A stretch of DNA of 64,000 bases from an uncultured Methanosarcinales archaeon. GTDB lineage: Archaea > Halobacteriota > Methanosarcinia > Methanotrichales > Methanotrichaceae. Location: the NCBI GenBank assembly GCA_963843555.1, contig CAWJKV010000007.1:128001-192000 (forward strand), read 5' to 3'. The translations under genes were made by a program, and so were the position numbers. Under the pieces are notes generated by a model. It was not told the origin of the DNA. It saw only the letters and a program-made list of their open reading frames with translations, and did not search any database. Numbering within the stretch: the first letter of the stretch is position 1; every line of letters begins with the position of its first letter. This document shows, piece by piece, positions 1-9,942 of this stretch.

Positions 1-1122
1 GCCGTAGACGCAGGTGGGAATGCGCGTCTTCTCTGTGGCATAGGCCTGATCGAGACTTCCCTGCGCTCCTGAGAGCCGGGGCATGAATCCCATGCCTCTT
101 TTCACCGCCTCCCTCACCTCAGTCACCCAAGCGTGGTCCGGATTCACGCTCATGGGAGGATAGCCCGGATAGAACTTCAGATCAAACTCGACATCCAATG
201 GCAACAGTGTCCTCTCGATCTCAGACATAGCCTCATCCATGCTCTCTTCCGGTATCACCCGCCTGTCCCCACGCAAAATGCACCTGTCCGGCACGATGTT
301 CTCTTTGATGCCTCCATTGATCATGGTGATATTGAGGATGGGCATGAGGTTTTTGAGGCCCACGGCTTCAAAGGCGGAACTGGCCGGAAGATTGGACCTT
401 CTCGCCTGTATAACCTTCTTGAGATCCATGAGCGTCTCCATGATCGGTATCGACTTTTCTACAGCATTTATGCCCATGAAACTGGAGCCGCTGTGAGACG
501 AACGGCCATGCACCACCACATCCCAGGTTATGATGCCGTTGCTGCCTATGACCACATCATCGGAAAAGCCGTCCATGCAGAGCATCAGATCTCCCTTTAC
601 CTGTCCTAAGTCGGTGAGATAGCACAGGCCGGAGTAGCCGCCTACCTCTTCATCCGTGGTTAAGAGGACCGAGAGATTGTACTTCGGCTTGCCGTTCTCC
701 AGGAGCACCTTTAAAGCGGCAATCAGGGCAGCTATCGATCCCTTACAGTCGGAGACGCCCCGGCCGTATGCTCTTCCATTCTTCTTCACCACCTGGAAGG
801 GGTCCGTCTCCCATTCTCCCTCTGCCGGAACCACATCCAGATGGGCATAGATCACCAGCGTCTTTTCGGCCCCCACAGACAGATCAGCTCGCAGATTGTT
901 GCGGTCGCCCACCAGCCGCGGGTCACTGCATTTTGCTGCAAAGACATCCTCCGGCATGACCAGCGTCTCTGTCTTGAAGCCCATTTCCCTGAAAATGGGA
1001 ACGAGCCATTCCACAATCTCTTGATAGCAGTTCCCCGGAGGGGCAACGGTCTTAAAACTTATGATTTTATTTAGCAGGTCCAGGAGGTATTTGGGATCGG
1101 GCGAGGGGATTTTTTCCGGCAT
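1..1122 (-). CDS. M20 family metallopeptidase/deacylase (ArgE/DapE-like), 3' end runs off the window
   Basis: Not in the ORF track; manual translation from ATG at 1122 gives MPEKIPSPDPKYLLDLL...YAHLDVVP...YGRGVSDCKG...TTDEEVGG...IPTCVYG, the M20 metal-binding motifs. Confidence 0.85.
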   Translation of the reverse strand, partial: MPEKIPSPDPKYLLDLLNKIISFKTVAPPGNCYQEIVEWLVPIFREMGFKTETLVMPEDVFAAKCSDPRLVGDRNNLRADLSVGAEKTLVIYAHLDVVPAEGEWETDPFQVVKKNGRAYGRGVSDCKGSIAALIAALKVLLENGKPKYNLSVLLTTDEEVGGYSGLCYLTDLGQVKGDLMLCMDGFSDDVVIGSNGIITWDVVVHGRSSHSGSSFMGINAVEKSIPIMETLMDLKKVIQARRSNLPASSAFEAVGLKNLMPILNITMINGGIKENIVPDRCILRGDRRVIPEESMDEAMSEIERTLLPLDVEFDLKFYPGYPPMSVNPDHAWVTEVREAVKRGMGFMPRLSGAQGSLDQAYATEKTRIPTCVYG

Positions 1123-1395
1123 CTTGCATTCCTTCTTGAAATAGGGCCTAATAAGCCATGACGGCCTATTAAATGCTTCGTATGTGTTTGGCCCCTCTTG
1201 TGGGTTCATCCGAATCCGCAAATGGGAATTTTCCCTGAAAGCCATATTATGTTTCTCACTTTGTACTATAATTCGCAATCTGTGTCATAAAAGGCTTATA
1301 CATACATGCCAAACAACTACAGCTAGAGAACAAGGTTTGACATCATTCGATGCATAAGCTGCATGGATGAAAGCGAAAATCGGAGGTAAGGGAAA

Positions 1396-1572
1396 ATGAT
1401 CGAAAATGAGGCGCTGATTCAAAGACGTGAGCTGCTTTTGGAGAGGATCTTGAAGATGAACGATGAAGTCGAAAAAATAGACCAGCGCATGGCTTTCCTG
1501 CAGGGGATGGCAGAATCCAGTCGCGTTGATCTATTCCAGACACAAGAGCAGTTAGCTGAGGAGGTGTCCTAA
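1396..1572 (+). CDS. Small 58-aa coiled-coil hypothetical protein
   Basis: GGAGGT RBS upstream; MIENEALIQRRELLLERILKMNDEVEKIDQRMAFLQG...; stop directly abuts the next start (TAA-TTG). Confidence 0.6.
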   Translation: MIENEALIQRRELLLERILKMNDEVEKIDQRMAFLQGMAESSRVDLFQTQEQLAEEVS

Positions 1573-1908
1573 TTGAATTCGTTATCGATTACAGATATAA
1601 GGAAGTTTGCATCACGCCGGGGTGCACATAAAGAGGACGTTGAATATTTCTTGAATACAGTTGGGCAGGCCGGCACAGAGGAAGGTGCTCTCATGAACCT
1701 GTACTATGATGCCCGTCTCTACAGCTGGAATATTTCTACGATATGGGCCATAGAGGCAGGCATAAAGTCGGCTTACACAGAAGAGGCGAATGTCGGAGCA
1801 TATGCTGCGGAAAAAGAAATCCAGACTCCTCTGCCCGGGGGCGCTTACTCGCTTTGGCCGCAGCCTCATTCCCCGGCCCAGGCAGGCGCGTCTTCGCTCT
1901 CCAGTTGA
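1573..1908 (+). CDS. Hypothetical protein
   Basis: 111-aa ORF with GAGGAGGTG RBS and TTG start. Confidence 0.6.
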   Translation: MNSLSITDIRKFASRRGAHKEDVEYFLNTVGQAGTEEGALMNLYYDARLYSWNISTIWAIEAGIKSAYTEEANVGAYAAEKEIQTPLPGGAYSLWPQPHSPAQAGASSLSS

Positions 1909-2090
1909 TACGGGTCTGCCCCTTACTTCCTTTATGAGATTATGCCTTCGCCTCAATCAATAATCAATCGTGGGCGAAGTCATCTTTCCGTTTTCCAAAA
2001 AATCGGATCTTATCTGCTTATGATTATTGGCTAAGAAAATTGCTTGCGGGCATGCCGCTCTGCGGACATGCACGGGTCGACAAACTCCTT

Positions 2091-2513
2091 TTATTTGCCT
2101 GCACCCTCCTCGGCTTGCGCCTCTTCGTCCTCCTTTTCCTCCTCTAGCGGCTCTTCGATGCCTTCGAAGGCCTTCTTCAGCAGGTCAATCGCGAAGCCAA
2201 TGACCGCTCTGCCGCGCCGGTTTACACCTGCGGCCTCATCGAGCAACTCCTCATAGAGCTCCTTGGTCACTTCCTCGTAATCATCATCATTGTACTCCAG
2301 GTTGCTGCTATCTCTTATCTCCTCCTGTAACATAACTGTGACATCCTGCAGGAGCGCGTAGTCTTCCTTAGTCGGAATGCCTAATCCTAGCTCGGCAAAC
2401 CTGTTGTCAAGCTCCTGCATGCGATCATAATTGTTGGCTCCCAAGATATCGTTAATATCTCTCTTCATGGAAGCAACTTTGCCCTCATCTCCGATTTCCT
2501 CATCTTTCTGCAT
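2091..2513 (-). CDS. Acidic hypothetical protein
   Basis: 140-aa ORF, protein-like composition, Glu-rich tail. Confidence 0.65.
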   Translation of the reverse strand: MQKDEEIGDEGKVASMKRDINDILGANNYDRMQELDNRFAELGLGIPTKEDYALLQDVTVMLQEEIRDSSNLEYNDDDYEEVTKELYEELLDEAAGVNRRGRAVIGFAIDLLKKAFEGIEEPLEEEKEDEEAQAEEGAGK

Positions 2514-2543
2514 CTTCCACTCACTTCCTGGGAGAGATAAATG

Positions 2544-3023
2544 CTATAGACTGGACCCGCGGATGCTCTTGATTAGATCGACGATCTTTGTTATCTTCAT
2601 GTTTTCGCCTTCATGGAAGATTGACACAACACTGCATATATGGTCATCGTCAATCTTGCAGAAAGCGCAGATAGCCTCAGATCCTTCTCTATCAAACAAG
2701 GCATAGTGCCAATCCTTATCACCCATGATCCAGTTAGATCCTTGTGCAATCAGGCCTTTTACATCTATTCCCTTATATATCCAATTTGATGTATCTAAAT
2801 TGTGGATCAAACTGAGAAAATGCCTCAATCCCTTATCCTTAAGATCGGTTCCTTTATGCAAATCCTCAATCTTAAGATATTCCAGCCCGATGGATGCAAA
2901 AGCTCTCTCCTCTGATTTTATATATATTATAGCAGGGCCTGCATGGATTATTTCAAGCCCTTCAATTGTGCTTGAATCGAATGCAATTCTGCAAAGTCCG
3001 TCTGTTAAGCTTATTTCAGCCAT
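2544..3023 (-). CDS. Hypothetical protein
   Basis: 159-aa ORF co-directional with 2091-2513. Confidence 0.6.
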   Translation of the reverse strand: MAEISLTDGLCRIAFDSSTIEGLEIIHAGPAIIYIKSEERAFASIGLEYLKIEDLHKGTDLKDKGLRHFLSLIHNLDTSNWIYKGIDVKGLIAQGSNWIMGDKDWHYALFDREGSEAICAFCKIDDDHICSVVSIFHEGENMKITKIVDLIKSIRGSSL

Positions 3024-3214
3024 GATTCACATATATGGTATTCATGTGCTAAATTTCTATCTCACTCGAAGATGATAACTGAATGACAACTGAGCAAAAA
3101 ATAAATAAGAATAAGGAGAAACCAAACATAATCGCGCGCACAGGCAAACAGTTCTCGCCTGCCCGGCCCGGAGTCTTCGGCCTCCTGGAGCTTTGAGGAT
3201 AACGTGAGGAATAT

Positions 3215-3901
3215 ATGACATCACAGCCAAGGTTCGATCGAAAGGAGCTAAAAACGCCTCGTGCCGCTGCTATAGCCGGAATCATTTTTGCCTTGCTGCT
3301 AATCTCTAGCATGATCCTTATCAGGCTTTCTCTCACTGCCTACCCGGATCGTTCAGCAGAATGGATCAAAGATTCTGCGCTCTCCTTCAGGATTCTGATA
3401 GGTCTGAACATGTTACCCTTTGCAGGGATCGCATTTCTATGGTTTATAGGTGTGATAAGGGATCTAATTGGAGAGCGAGAGGATAAGTTTTTTGCCACAG
3501 TGTTCCTGGGAAGCGGGCTGATCTTTGTGGCCATGCTCTTCGCCGCGGCTGCAGTTGCCGGCGGACTATTATCGAGTCTTTCGATTCAATCTGGCTCCGA
3601 GCCAGGGCCCGAAATGCTCGCATTCGGCCGGGAAGTCACCTATTCTATCTTATATGTATTTGCTATGAAGATGGCAGGAGTCTTCATGATCTCCACGACT
3701 ACCATGGGCCTGCGTACCGAGGTCATTCCCCGGTGGCTGGGATGGCTCGGGTACGCTTTTTCTGCCGTGCTGCTCGTCAGCATCACCTACTGGGAATGGA
3801 TGGTGCTGCTCTTCCCGATTTGGGTACTTATATTTAGCACCAACATCCTGGTAAAGAACTACCGACGATCGTTGAACGATGGGCAGAACCAGAACCCTTG
3901 A
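3215..3901 (+). CDS. Conserved integral membrane protein (LKTPRAAAIAGIIF N-terminus)
   Basis: 228 aa, about 5-6 hydrophobic segments, GAGGA RBS. Confidence 0.75.
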   Translation: MTSQPRFDRKELKTPRAAAIAGIIFALLLISSMILIRLSLTAYPDRSAEWIKDSALSFRILIGLNMLPFAGIAFLWFIGVIRDLIGEREDKFFATVFLGSGLIFVAMLFAAAAVAGGLLSSLSIQSGSEPGPEMLAFGREVTYSILYVFAMKMAGVFMISTTTMGLRTEVIPRWLGWLGYAFSAVLLVSITYWEWMVLLFPIWVLIFSTNILVKNYRRSLNDGQNQNP

Positions 3902-3914
3902 TTTTTTTTACTCT

Positions 3915-4700
3915 TCAAAGCATCTTCTCGATCTCCTCTAACCGCGACTTTAGAATTAGGCTAGCCTTCTCCTGTTCTTCCAGCATTTGCTTGATCTCGC
4001 CAATCTTGGCCTTGGGATCGCTCGGTTCAACAATTGCTTCTTCCTTCTTCTTTCTGGGAGCCAGGAATGAATTGGCTATGAAGCCGGTGAACACGCTGAA
4101 TATGCCCACGCCGCAGACCATGAGCGCCACGCCGATCATCCTACCGCCTGCGGTGATGGGATAGTAGTCTCCATAACCGACAGTAGTTATGGTCACAAAG
4201 CCCCACCATAGAGCGTCGGATCCGTTTACAATATTAGCGTCCGGATTCTGGCTCTCAAACCTGAGAACCCAAACACCGCCTATCTGCAGGACTAGGACGA
4301 CCAGGACAACAACGAGATAGATGGCCATTTGAGCACGGTTATCGGTTATCTCACTAATGATCCTCTTGCGGCCGTATTTCTTTGTCAACCGGTATACTTT
4401 AAGCAGACGGAATATGCGGAAAATTCGTGCATTTGGCAGACAGGACAGAATGTCTGCCCAGCCAAAGTCCCGGAAGAAGTAATAGCTCTTTGATTTAGCC
4501 GTGAAGAATCTATAAAGAAAATCAGCAAAAAAGAATACAGTTAAAAAGGCCTGTATGATAGTTAGGACTTGTTTAGTGTACGGGTTAACGCCTGGCAGTA
4601 TCAGGATAAACAGATCAAAAATTGATATTATTGCTAAGAGACCGATAAATATTTCATATCCTAAACTCTTCGAATCACTGTCCGGCCTGTCGTCAGTCAT
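3915..4700 (-). CDS. Voltage-gated-type (6TM) potassium channel
   Basis: TITTVGYGD selectivity filter; S4-like RIFRIFRLLKVYR; C-terminal coiled coil. Confidence 0.9.
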   Translation of the reverse strand: MTDDRPDSDSKSLGYEIFIGLLAIISIFDLFILILPGVNPYTKQVLTIIQAFLTVFFFADFLYRFFTAKSKSYYFFRDFGWADILSCLPNARIFRIFRLLKVYRLTKKYGRKRIISEITDNRAQMAIYLVVVLVVLVLQIGGVWVLRFESQNPDANIVNGSDALWWGFVTITTVGYGDYYPITAGGRMIGVALMVCGVGIFSVFTGFIANSFLAPRKKKEEAIVEPSDPKAKIGEIKQMLEEQEKASLILKSRLEEIEKML

Positions 4701-4709
4701 ATCAATACC

Positions 4710-5423
4710 TCATAATCGCGGAAGCACAATTAAATTCAATATACCTAATGACAGCAGCACGAAGGAGAGAATGATGAGCCCGGTTCGAATCGATCTGATC
4801 TCGAACTGCTGGCTGATGGCCATCAAAACCAGGACCGTTGCCAGGAAGACCGTGTTTCGAACATAGTCGTCTGCAGTCGCTCGAGCCTCTGTCCCATGTT
4901 CATGCTTGGTTGAGGCTTCACTGCTGAGGTTGGTCGCTTCTTCCATCTTTGAACTATGATACTCAGGCATGTAGAGCGGCCCGGGCGGAGCCTCGCTGTT
5001 GTTGATGGGGTCGAGCGCAATCCAGGCATCAAAGGCTGGTTTGAACTCTGGAAGAAAACGGCGTTCGTAGAACTCCGCTATCTCTTCATTTCCTTGCATT
5101 TTGGCATTTAGCCAGGCGTTAATCGTGTTTGAATTGTAGATAAGCTCTTGACCGTTAGCGGTTATAAGGGTTGCTGCTTCCATATTCAATAAGTTCGCTT
5201 CAGAGTAAAGCTCTGCCTGCATTCCATCCCACTGCGCTGCCTGGTAGCCGCTGTAGGCAGTGGTTATTGCAACCAGGGCCAGGATAATTGCTTCCAGAAT
5301 CTCAGTGATAAACTCGGTGCGGTTTGATTGCTGTGCATCCTTTCCATTTTTCTCGCACAGCTTGTTAGCAATTTCGATGTTTGTCCCTCCAACTTCAGGC
5401 ATACTGCTGTCCTCCGGAGCCAT
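4710..5423 (-). CDS. Membrane protein with extracytoplasmic helical loop (DUF4337-like)
   Basis: TM segment ILALVAITTAYSGYQAAQW, soluble loop, two C-terminal TMs. Confidence 0.7.
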   Translation of the reverse strand: MAPEDSSMPEVGGTNIEIANKLCEKNGKDAQQSNRTEFITEILEAIILALVAITTAYSGYQAAQWDGMQAELYSEANLLNMEAATLITANGQELIYNSNTINAWLNAKMQGNEEIAEFYERRFLPEFKPAFDAWIALDPINNSEAPPGPLYMPEYHSSKMEEATNLSSEASTKHEHGTEARATADDYVRNTVFLATVLVLMAISQQFEIRSIRTGLIILSFVLLSLGILNLIVLPRL

Positions 5424-5536
5424 AGATATGAGAGCAAAAAAGCTTTATCAAATTTGATGGGTACAAAAATTTAAGACACCGAAGAATTTTTTCCTCGATG
5501 TCTTCGATTTTAGATTTTTTCACAATTCTTGCCCGG

Positions 5537-6013
5537 TTAACTCTTTTCAGGTATCTCAAAGGCTCTCTTGGTTCCCGGCAGCAGGCAGTAGATCAGGATC
5601 AAGCCGTTAATCAGGATCGCTGTAGACATAGCTTCCCATGATGAACCACCCAGGATGGAGAGGAATGCCAACACAAGATCTAGACCTGATATGATAACCA
5701 GGAATAACCATCCCTGAGGATCTACATTCCACAACATGCGGAAAATCCACATGTAGATCAAGAAGAGTATTCCCCAACCCAGGGCTGCCCAGAAGTCAAA
5801 GGTCCAGAAGTGAATTTCGCCTATCCATACCGGAAGCAAATGCAGCATTTGAAGCGTTATGATCAGAGCTTGCGCTGCACCAATTAAGGCTAATATTGCC
5901 AGAATTGTGATAACAAATGGTCTGTCTCTCGCCATAGATTCAATCTCCTTCAATTTTGATATATAATTATCAGATAAATCTGAAGGTGGTCGGGTAAATT
6001 CAGTATCTCCCAA
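5537..6013 (-). CDS. Four-TM membrane protein (probable start ATG 5935, MARDRPFVITIL)
   Basis: Hydrophobic ORF directly downstream of a DUF1269 gene. Confidence 0.7.
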   Translation of the reverse strand: MGDTEFTRPPSDLSDNYISKLKEIESMARDRPFVITILAILALIGAAQALIITLQMLHLLPVWIGEIHFWTFDFWAALGWGILFLIYMWIFRMLWNVDPQGWLFLVIISGLDLVLAFLSILGGSSWEAMSTAILINGLILIYCLLPGTKRAFEIPEKS

Positions 6014-6045
6014 TCACCCTAGATCTAAGCATATTCATTGATCAC

Positions 6046-6528
6046 TCAGGCAAATGCATGCTGGAGCCTTTCCTCCTGTTCCTTGGAAAGAGATGTCTTT
6101 ACTATCTTGACATTCTTGTACTTATGCAAACGCTCCTCAATCTTGTCGGGTACGGCCTCTCTCACCAGCAGGAACAGAGCGGAATTGCCAGGTTGAAGGG
6201 TGTTTCCGACCTCTTTGATAAATTTATCATCGACGCCAACATCCGCATACTTTCCGCCGAGTGCACCTGCTGCTGCTCCCACTACCAGGCCGAATACGGG
6301 TACAAAGAAGATGAGACCTATCAGCAATCCCCAAAAGGCTCCCCCAAGCGCTCCGGCTCCGGCAAGGCTGGTGATCTGTTTGATCTTGACCTTGCCCTCT
6401 TGATTTCTGACTGCCACCGCAGCATCTTCCAGGCCGATTAGATGCTCCTTTTGCATTTGCATCAAATCGTCTCTCAGCTGCTCAGCACCAGTTTCAGTAT
6501 CAAAAGCCAGCACAACTAAGTTGCTCAT
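6046..6528 (-). CDS. DUF1269 family protein
   Basis: MSNLVVLAFD...LEDAAVAVR...GALGGAFWGLLIGLIFFVPVFG glycine-zipper hairpin...GVDDKFIKEVG...PGNSALFLLV. Confidence 0.9.
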   Translation of the reverse strand: MSNLVVLAFDTETGAEQLRDDLMQMQKEHLIGLEDAAVAVRNQEGKVKIKQITSLAGAGALGGAFWGLLIGLIFFVPVFGLVVGAAAGALGGKYADVGVDDKFIKEVGNTLQPGNSALFLLVREAVPDKIEERLHKYKNVKIVKTSLSKEQEERLQHAFA

Positions 6529-6565
6529 TTTTCAATTCACCTCACTCATTATAATATCTCCAGCA

Positions 6566-6614
6566 AATTTATAGATATTTGAGAAGACATCATAAAAGTA
6601 TGAAAAGTTATGAA
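6566..6614 (-). promoter_or_regulatory. 49-bp conserved promoter element, copy 1 (DUF1269 unit)
   Basis: Minus strand TTCATAACTTTTCATACTTTTATGATGTCTTCTCAAATATCTATAAATT. Confidence 0.85.
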
Positions 6615-6682
6615 AGGAATAGCCGCCACCGTCAAAGCCTTTCTGATTTATATCAGATATTGCACGGAACTGGTAGCCCGCT

Positions 6683-7849
6683 TTATCTACATTCGACAAC
6701 TATCCCCTCGCAATTCACTTGGCTGGCTGCAAACATCTTTCCAAACCGGCCGTCCATCTTCTTGCTGTAAAGCATAATTGCTTCATTGCTGGCTGCCATG
6801 GCTCTTGCATCACGAATGCACCTGTAAAAGGTGACACGAGAGATTTTGATATCATGATCCGGTGTAAAGAGCTTATCCTGGTTGCAGGCAGCCTTCCAGA
6901 TCGTCTCGTAGGCGGGGAGAACACATAACAGGCTGGCAAGGCGGTAACCTTTAGCCCGGTAGGGCAGAGCCTGGATATATGAGAAGAAGTCCTTCAGCTC
7001 ATTTAATACATCTCTCAATACATCCTGTTTCCAGCTCAGAGGTGCTCCCGCCAGGTTTAATGGCGCATACATGGCGCTTTGCATCCAACTATCTGGCAGG
7101 TAGCATACACCGCGCGATAGATCGTGGACAAAATCCTTTACAATATTGGTCTTTTGCAATCCTCGACCGCATGCTTCACTGAGGTTCAATAAGGTACTTG
7201 CTTCGTCATCATCCAGGCAATAATGATCAATGGCCAGATCAGTGCTCATATGACCTACCGTTCCTGCTACAAAATAGCAGTACTGATTGTAGTCCTGTTC
7301 TCTTGCGAGCAGGCGAACTTCCCCATGAGTTACAAATAACGGTTCGCTATCGGGATCTTCTGCATTCTCCATTCCTCTGGCCATCTCCAGGCTCCAGCAT
7401 CCAATAGCCGATCTGGGGGCATCAGGGATCAGAGAGTAAATCTGCCAGAGCGGCAAACCTTCTGCCAGGCTCATCATACGTCTCTCGTCAGGAGTTAATC
7501 CCGGCCAGTCCTCGTTTTCCCAAATGTGCAAGATCTCCCGGCTTTCAGCAGGATCCTTCAAAAGCTCTTTGAATTCAGAAAAACGCAATCTCTTCCAGTC
7601 CAGAGGCTGGCTGCAATCCTCAATATTATCAACCACCCGGCAGATCAGGTAGGCTGTGGACATGAAATAGTTAAGCGGATATTCGAAACATGGCGTAACA
7701 AGTGCAAAGGAACGAGAGACCTTATTCATGGAATCATTAAGGTACTTTTTCTGCAATTTGGTTAGGCTGAATTCATTGTTCACAATGAGCCACCGATCCT
7801 TTTTTTCAATAGGTCCATTATTTATACCCGGATCTAATTGTCGTCCCAA
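6683..7849 (-). CDS. Squalene/phytoene synthase family protein
   Basis: VSRSFAL, YLICRVVDNIED, YCYFVAGTVG, GRGLQKTNIVKDF..D..GVCYLP motifs. Confidence 0.9.
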   Translation of the reverse strand: MGRQLDPGINNGPIEKKDRWLIVNNEFSLTKLQKKYLNDSMNKVSRSFALVTPCFEYPLNYFMSTAYLICRVVDNIEDCSQPLDWKRLRFSEFKELLKDPAESREILHIWENEDWPGLTPDERRMMSLAEGLPLWQIYSLIPDAPRSAIGCWSLEMARGMENAEDPDSEPLFVTHGEVRLLAREQDYNQYCYFVAGTVGHMSTDLAIDHYCLDDDEASTLLNLSEACGRGLQKTNIVKDFVHDLSRGVCYLPDSWMQSAMYAPLNLAGAPLSWKQDVLRDVLNELKDFFSYIQALPYRAKGYRLASLLCVLPAYETIWKAACNQDKLFTPDHDIKISRVTFYRCIRDARAMAASNEAIMLYSKKMDGRFGKMFAASQVNCEGIVVECR

Positions 7850-7935
7850 TCGATATTTTTATACTGAAAAAATTCAATTGGGAAATGATCGAGCCTAAAG
7901 GATTTCCTCTTCGGCTCCACTTCCAACTGTCCTTT

Positions 7936-8427
7936 TCACTCGATGCTTATCTTGGTGTGGGTTATCACATTTTCCTTGGGAAGAGTGATGGTGAGCAGGC
8001 CATTATTTAAATCGGCTTTTGCCTGTTCCCTCTTAATGCCACATGGCAGTTTGATATCTCTCCGGAAGAGACCGTAGGACCGCTCACATTTCTGGACGGT
8101 TTCATCTTCCATCTCAGGCGCTTCAGTCTTCTTTGCCAGGACAGATAGCTCATCATCGGTTGCCGTGATTTCAATTGCTTCCTTCTCTACTCCGGGCATT
8201 TCCAGAGTAACGATGATCTCTTCATCTGTCTCCACAATATCGGTCAGAGGCTTTCTCACATTTCCCATTGCCATGGGAACGGAATCTGCGATACAGCTCA
8301 TTTTTCCGCAGAGCCCCTTCATCTTGTTTGAATAAATTGATTCAACATCTATCAGGCCGAGATCGTCTGCGAGCATATACATTCCCGTGCTCAAGCTCCT
8401 TATACCTTGATATAACATTCCGAACAT
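7936..8427 (-). CDS. Hsp20/alpha-crystallin small heat shock protein
   Basis: PLTDIVETDEEIIVTLEMPGVEK...ERSYGLFRRDIKLP...ADLNNGLLTITLPK. Confidence 0.9.
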   Translation of the reverse strand: MFGMLYQGIRSLSTGMYMLADDLGLIDVESIYSNKMKGLCGKMSCIADSVPMAMGNVRKPLTDIVETDEEIIVTLEMPGVEKEAIEITATDDELSVLAKKTEAPEMEDETVQKCERSYGLFRRDIKLPCGIKREQAKADLNNGLLTITLPKENVITHTKISIE

Positions 8428-8430
8428 ATT

Positions 8431-8718
8431 TTACCCTACCATTAGACTATTTGCTCCAAAATTCGCTTTGACTTTATCGAGCAATGCATCATGTGCCAGC
8501 AGGAACAGGGAGGATTTGCCAGGCTCGATGAAGTTTCCGGTTTCTTTAATGAATCTGTCATTAGCGCCTACGCCAGCATATTTGCCTGCCAGAGTTCCTG
8601 CTGCCGCTCCAATGACAAGTCCAAATACGGACATAAAGAGGATCAGACCTATTAGCAGTTCCCAGAGAGCCCCGCCTGGAGCTTTGGTATCTAAGGCCTG
8701 TGCAATTAAGTTGCTCAT
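8431..8718 (-). pseudogene. Internally deleted and truncated DUF1269 copy
   Basis: MSNLIAQALDT joined directly to GGALWELLIGLILF...AGKYAGVGANDRFIKE; lacks roughly 45 internal residues and the C-terminus of the full paralogs. Confidence 0.75.
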
Positions 8719-8760
8719 CTTTCTTTTTACTCCTCTTAATTCTCTTATTTGCTTCGATCA

Positions 8761-8809
8761 AATTTATAGATATTTGAGAAGCGCTCATAAAAGTATGAAT
8801 AGTTATGAG
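8761..8809 (-). promoter_or_regulatory. 49-bp conserved promoter element, copy 2
   Basis: Minus strand CTCATAACTATTCATACTTTTATGAGCGCTTCTCAAATATCTATAAATT. Confidence 0.85.
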
Positions 8810-8843
8810 TGCCTCGCAATCACCAGGGCTAAATGTTTCCTTT

Positions 8844-9791
8844 CTAAGACATCTTTGCGGATCGTATTACCAATACGGGCCTTTTTGCCTTTCTGGCCAC
8901 ATCGAAGACCACGCTTCCGACTGTTGAAGCATCGAGATATCCTTTGCCGGCAGAGCTCAGGACGATCAAGGATGCATCTATCTCCTCGGCCTTGGCCATT
9001 ATAGTTCCTTCGACGCCTCCGATATCCGGGATGGATCCGCCCTTTGATTGAGTCATGCCACCGGACCCATACGATCTATATCCAGCACCAACGGTAACCA
9101 CCTCGGAGGTTACATTGATCTTTACATGGGACATAAGATCTGTTTTGATGGCGTTGAGCTTCTCCTGTGCGTCCTTGGTTCTTGCTTCTATCTCCGCCGC
9201 GCTCTCACCTTTAGCGATCACGCTCAAGAGATGTACATCTATTGGCAGATCAATATTTTTTAACAAATTTATCGTTGCCATACCTGCCTCAGAGAAATCA
9301 ACCGGGCAGAGTATTTTGGAAAACAAATGAGGGCAGAGCTTCTCCATTGACCCGTCATCGACGATATTGTAGCGCATAATCAGGAGATTGTGGGTTCCCC
9401 GCTGCAATACTTTGGTAGAGACACTTCCCAGAAATATGCCTTTCAAGAGACTTCTTCCACGAGCGCCCATTACCACGAGATCGGCATTCTCCTCGTCTGC
9501 AACCCTCTCGATTACCTCGTACTCCGCACTGCTTGCTGACGGTTCCTCCCTAGCTTTGAAATTCAATCCCAACGCCTCGAGAGCACTCTTTGGTTTTGCC
9601 AGTTCCTCTCGGGCCTTTTTTTGGTCGTCTCCCGGAGACCATACCCTCGCCAATTCATCCTCTTTTAGCACATTCAAAAGGATTACATCTTTTACACCGG
9701 GGATCTCACCGACGCACTCAATAATTTTTTCGCCGTGTTTCGAGAAGTCGGTCGCCACCAAAACTTTTTTAAACATATTGGTTATCTCCAA
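8844..9791 (-). CDS. Tandem-domain universal stress protein (USP)
   Basis: FKKVLVATDFS...DLVVMGARGRS...LGSVS, then second domain FSKILCPVDFS...VGSVVFDVAR; alternative ATG at 9776. Confidence 0.9.
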   Translation of the reverse strand: MEITNMFKKVLVATDFSKHGEKIIECVGEIPGVKDVILLNVLKEDELARVWSPGDDQKKAREELAKPKSALEALGLNFKAREEPSASSAEYEVIERVADEENADLVVMGARGRSLLKGIFLGSVSTKVLQRGTHNLLIMRYNIVDDGSMEKLCPHLFSKILCPVDFSEAGMATINLLKNIDLPIDVHLLSVIAKGESAAEIEARTKDAQEKLNAIKTDLMSHVKINVTSEVVTVGAGYRSYGSGGMTQSKGGSIPDIGGVEGTIMAKAEEIDASLIVLSSAGKGYLDASTVGSVVFDVARKAKRPVLVIRSAKMS

Positions 9792-9833
9792 GACTTATTA
9801 TTTAGCTAATTATCTCAAAGATTACCCTGTATG

Positions 9834-9882
9834 CATTAATAGATATTTGTGATCACTGCATAATAGTATGAGAAATTATGAA
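9834..9882 (-). promoter_or_regulatory. 49-bp conserved promoter element, copy 3 (USP)
   Basis: Minus strand TTCATAATTTCTCATACTATTATGCAGTGATCACAAATATCTATTAATG. Confidence 0.8.
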
Positions 9883-9942
9883 TCTATGGATATTATTCAA
9901 ATATAAAACTTCACCATATACGAATAGTTGATCTGCTATATT

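Noticed and set aside
133..1074. Plus-strand ORFs at the window start and many long antisense ORFs over GC-rich genes (for example 40916-41614, 41809-42378, 53732-54409)
   Set aside because: Shadow ORFs opposite well-supported genes, with no recognisable motifs
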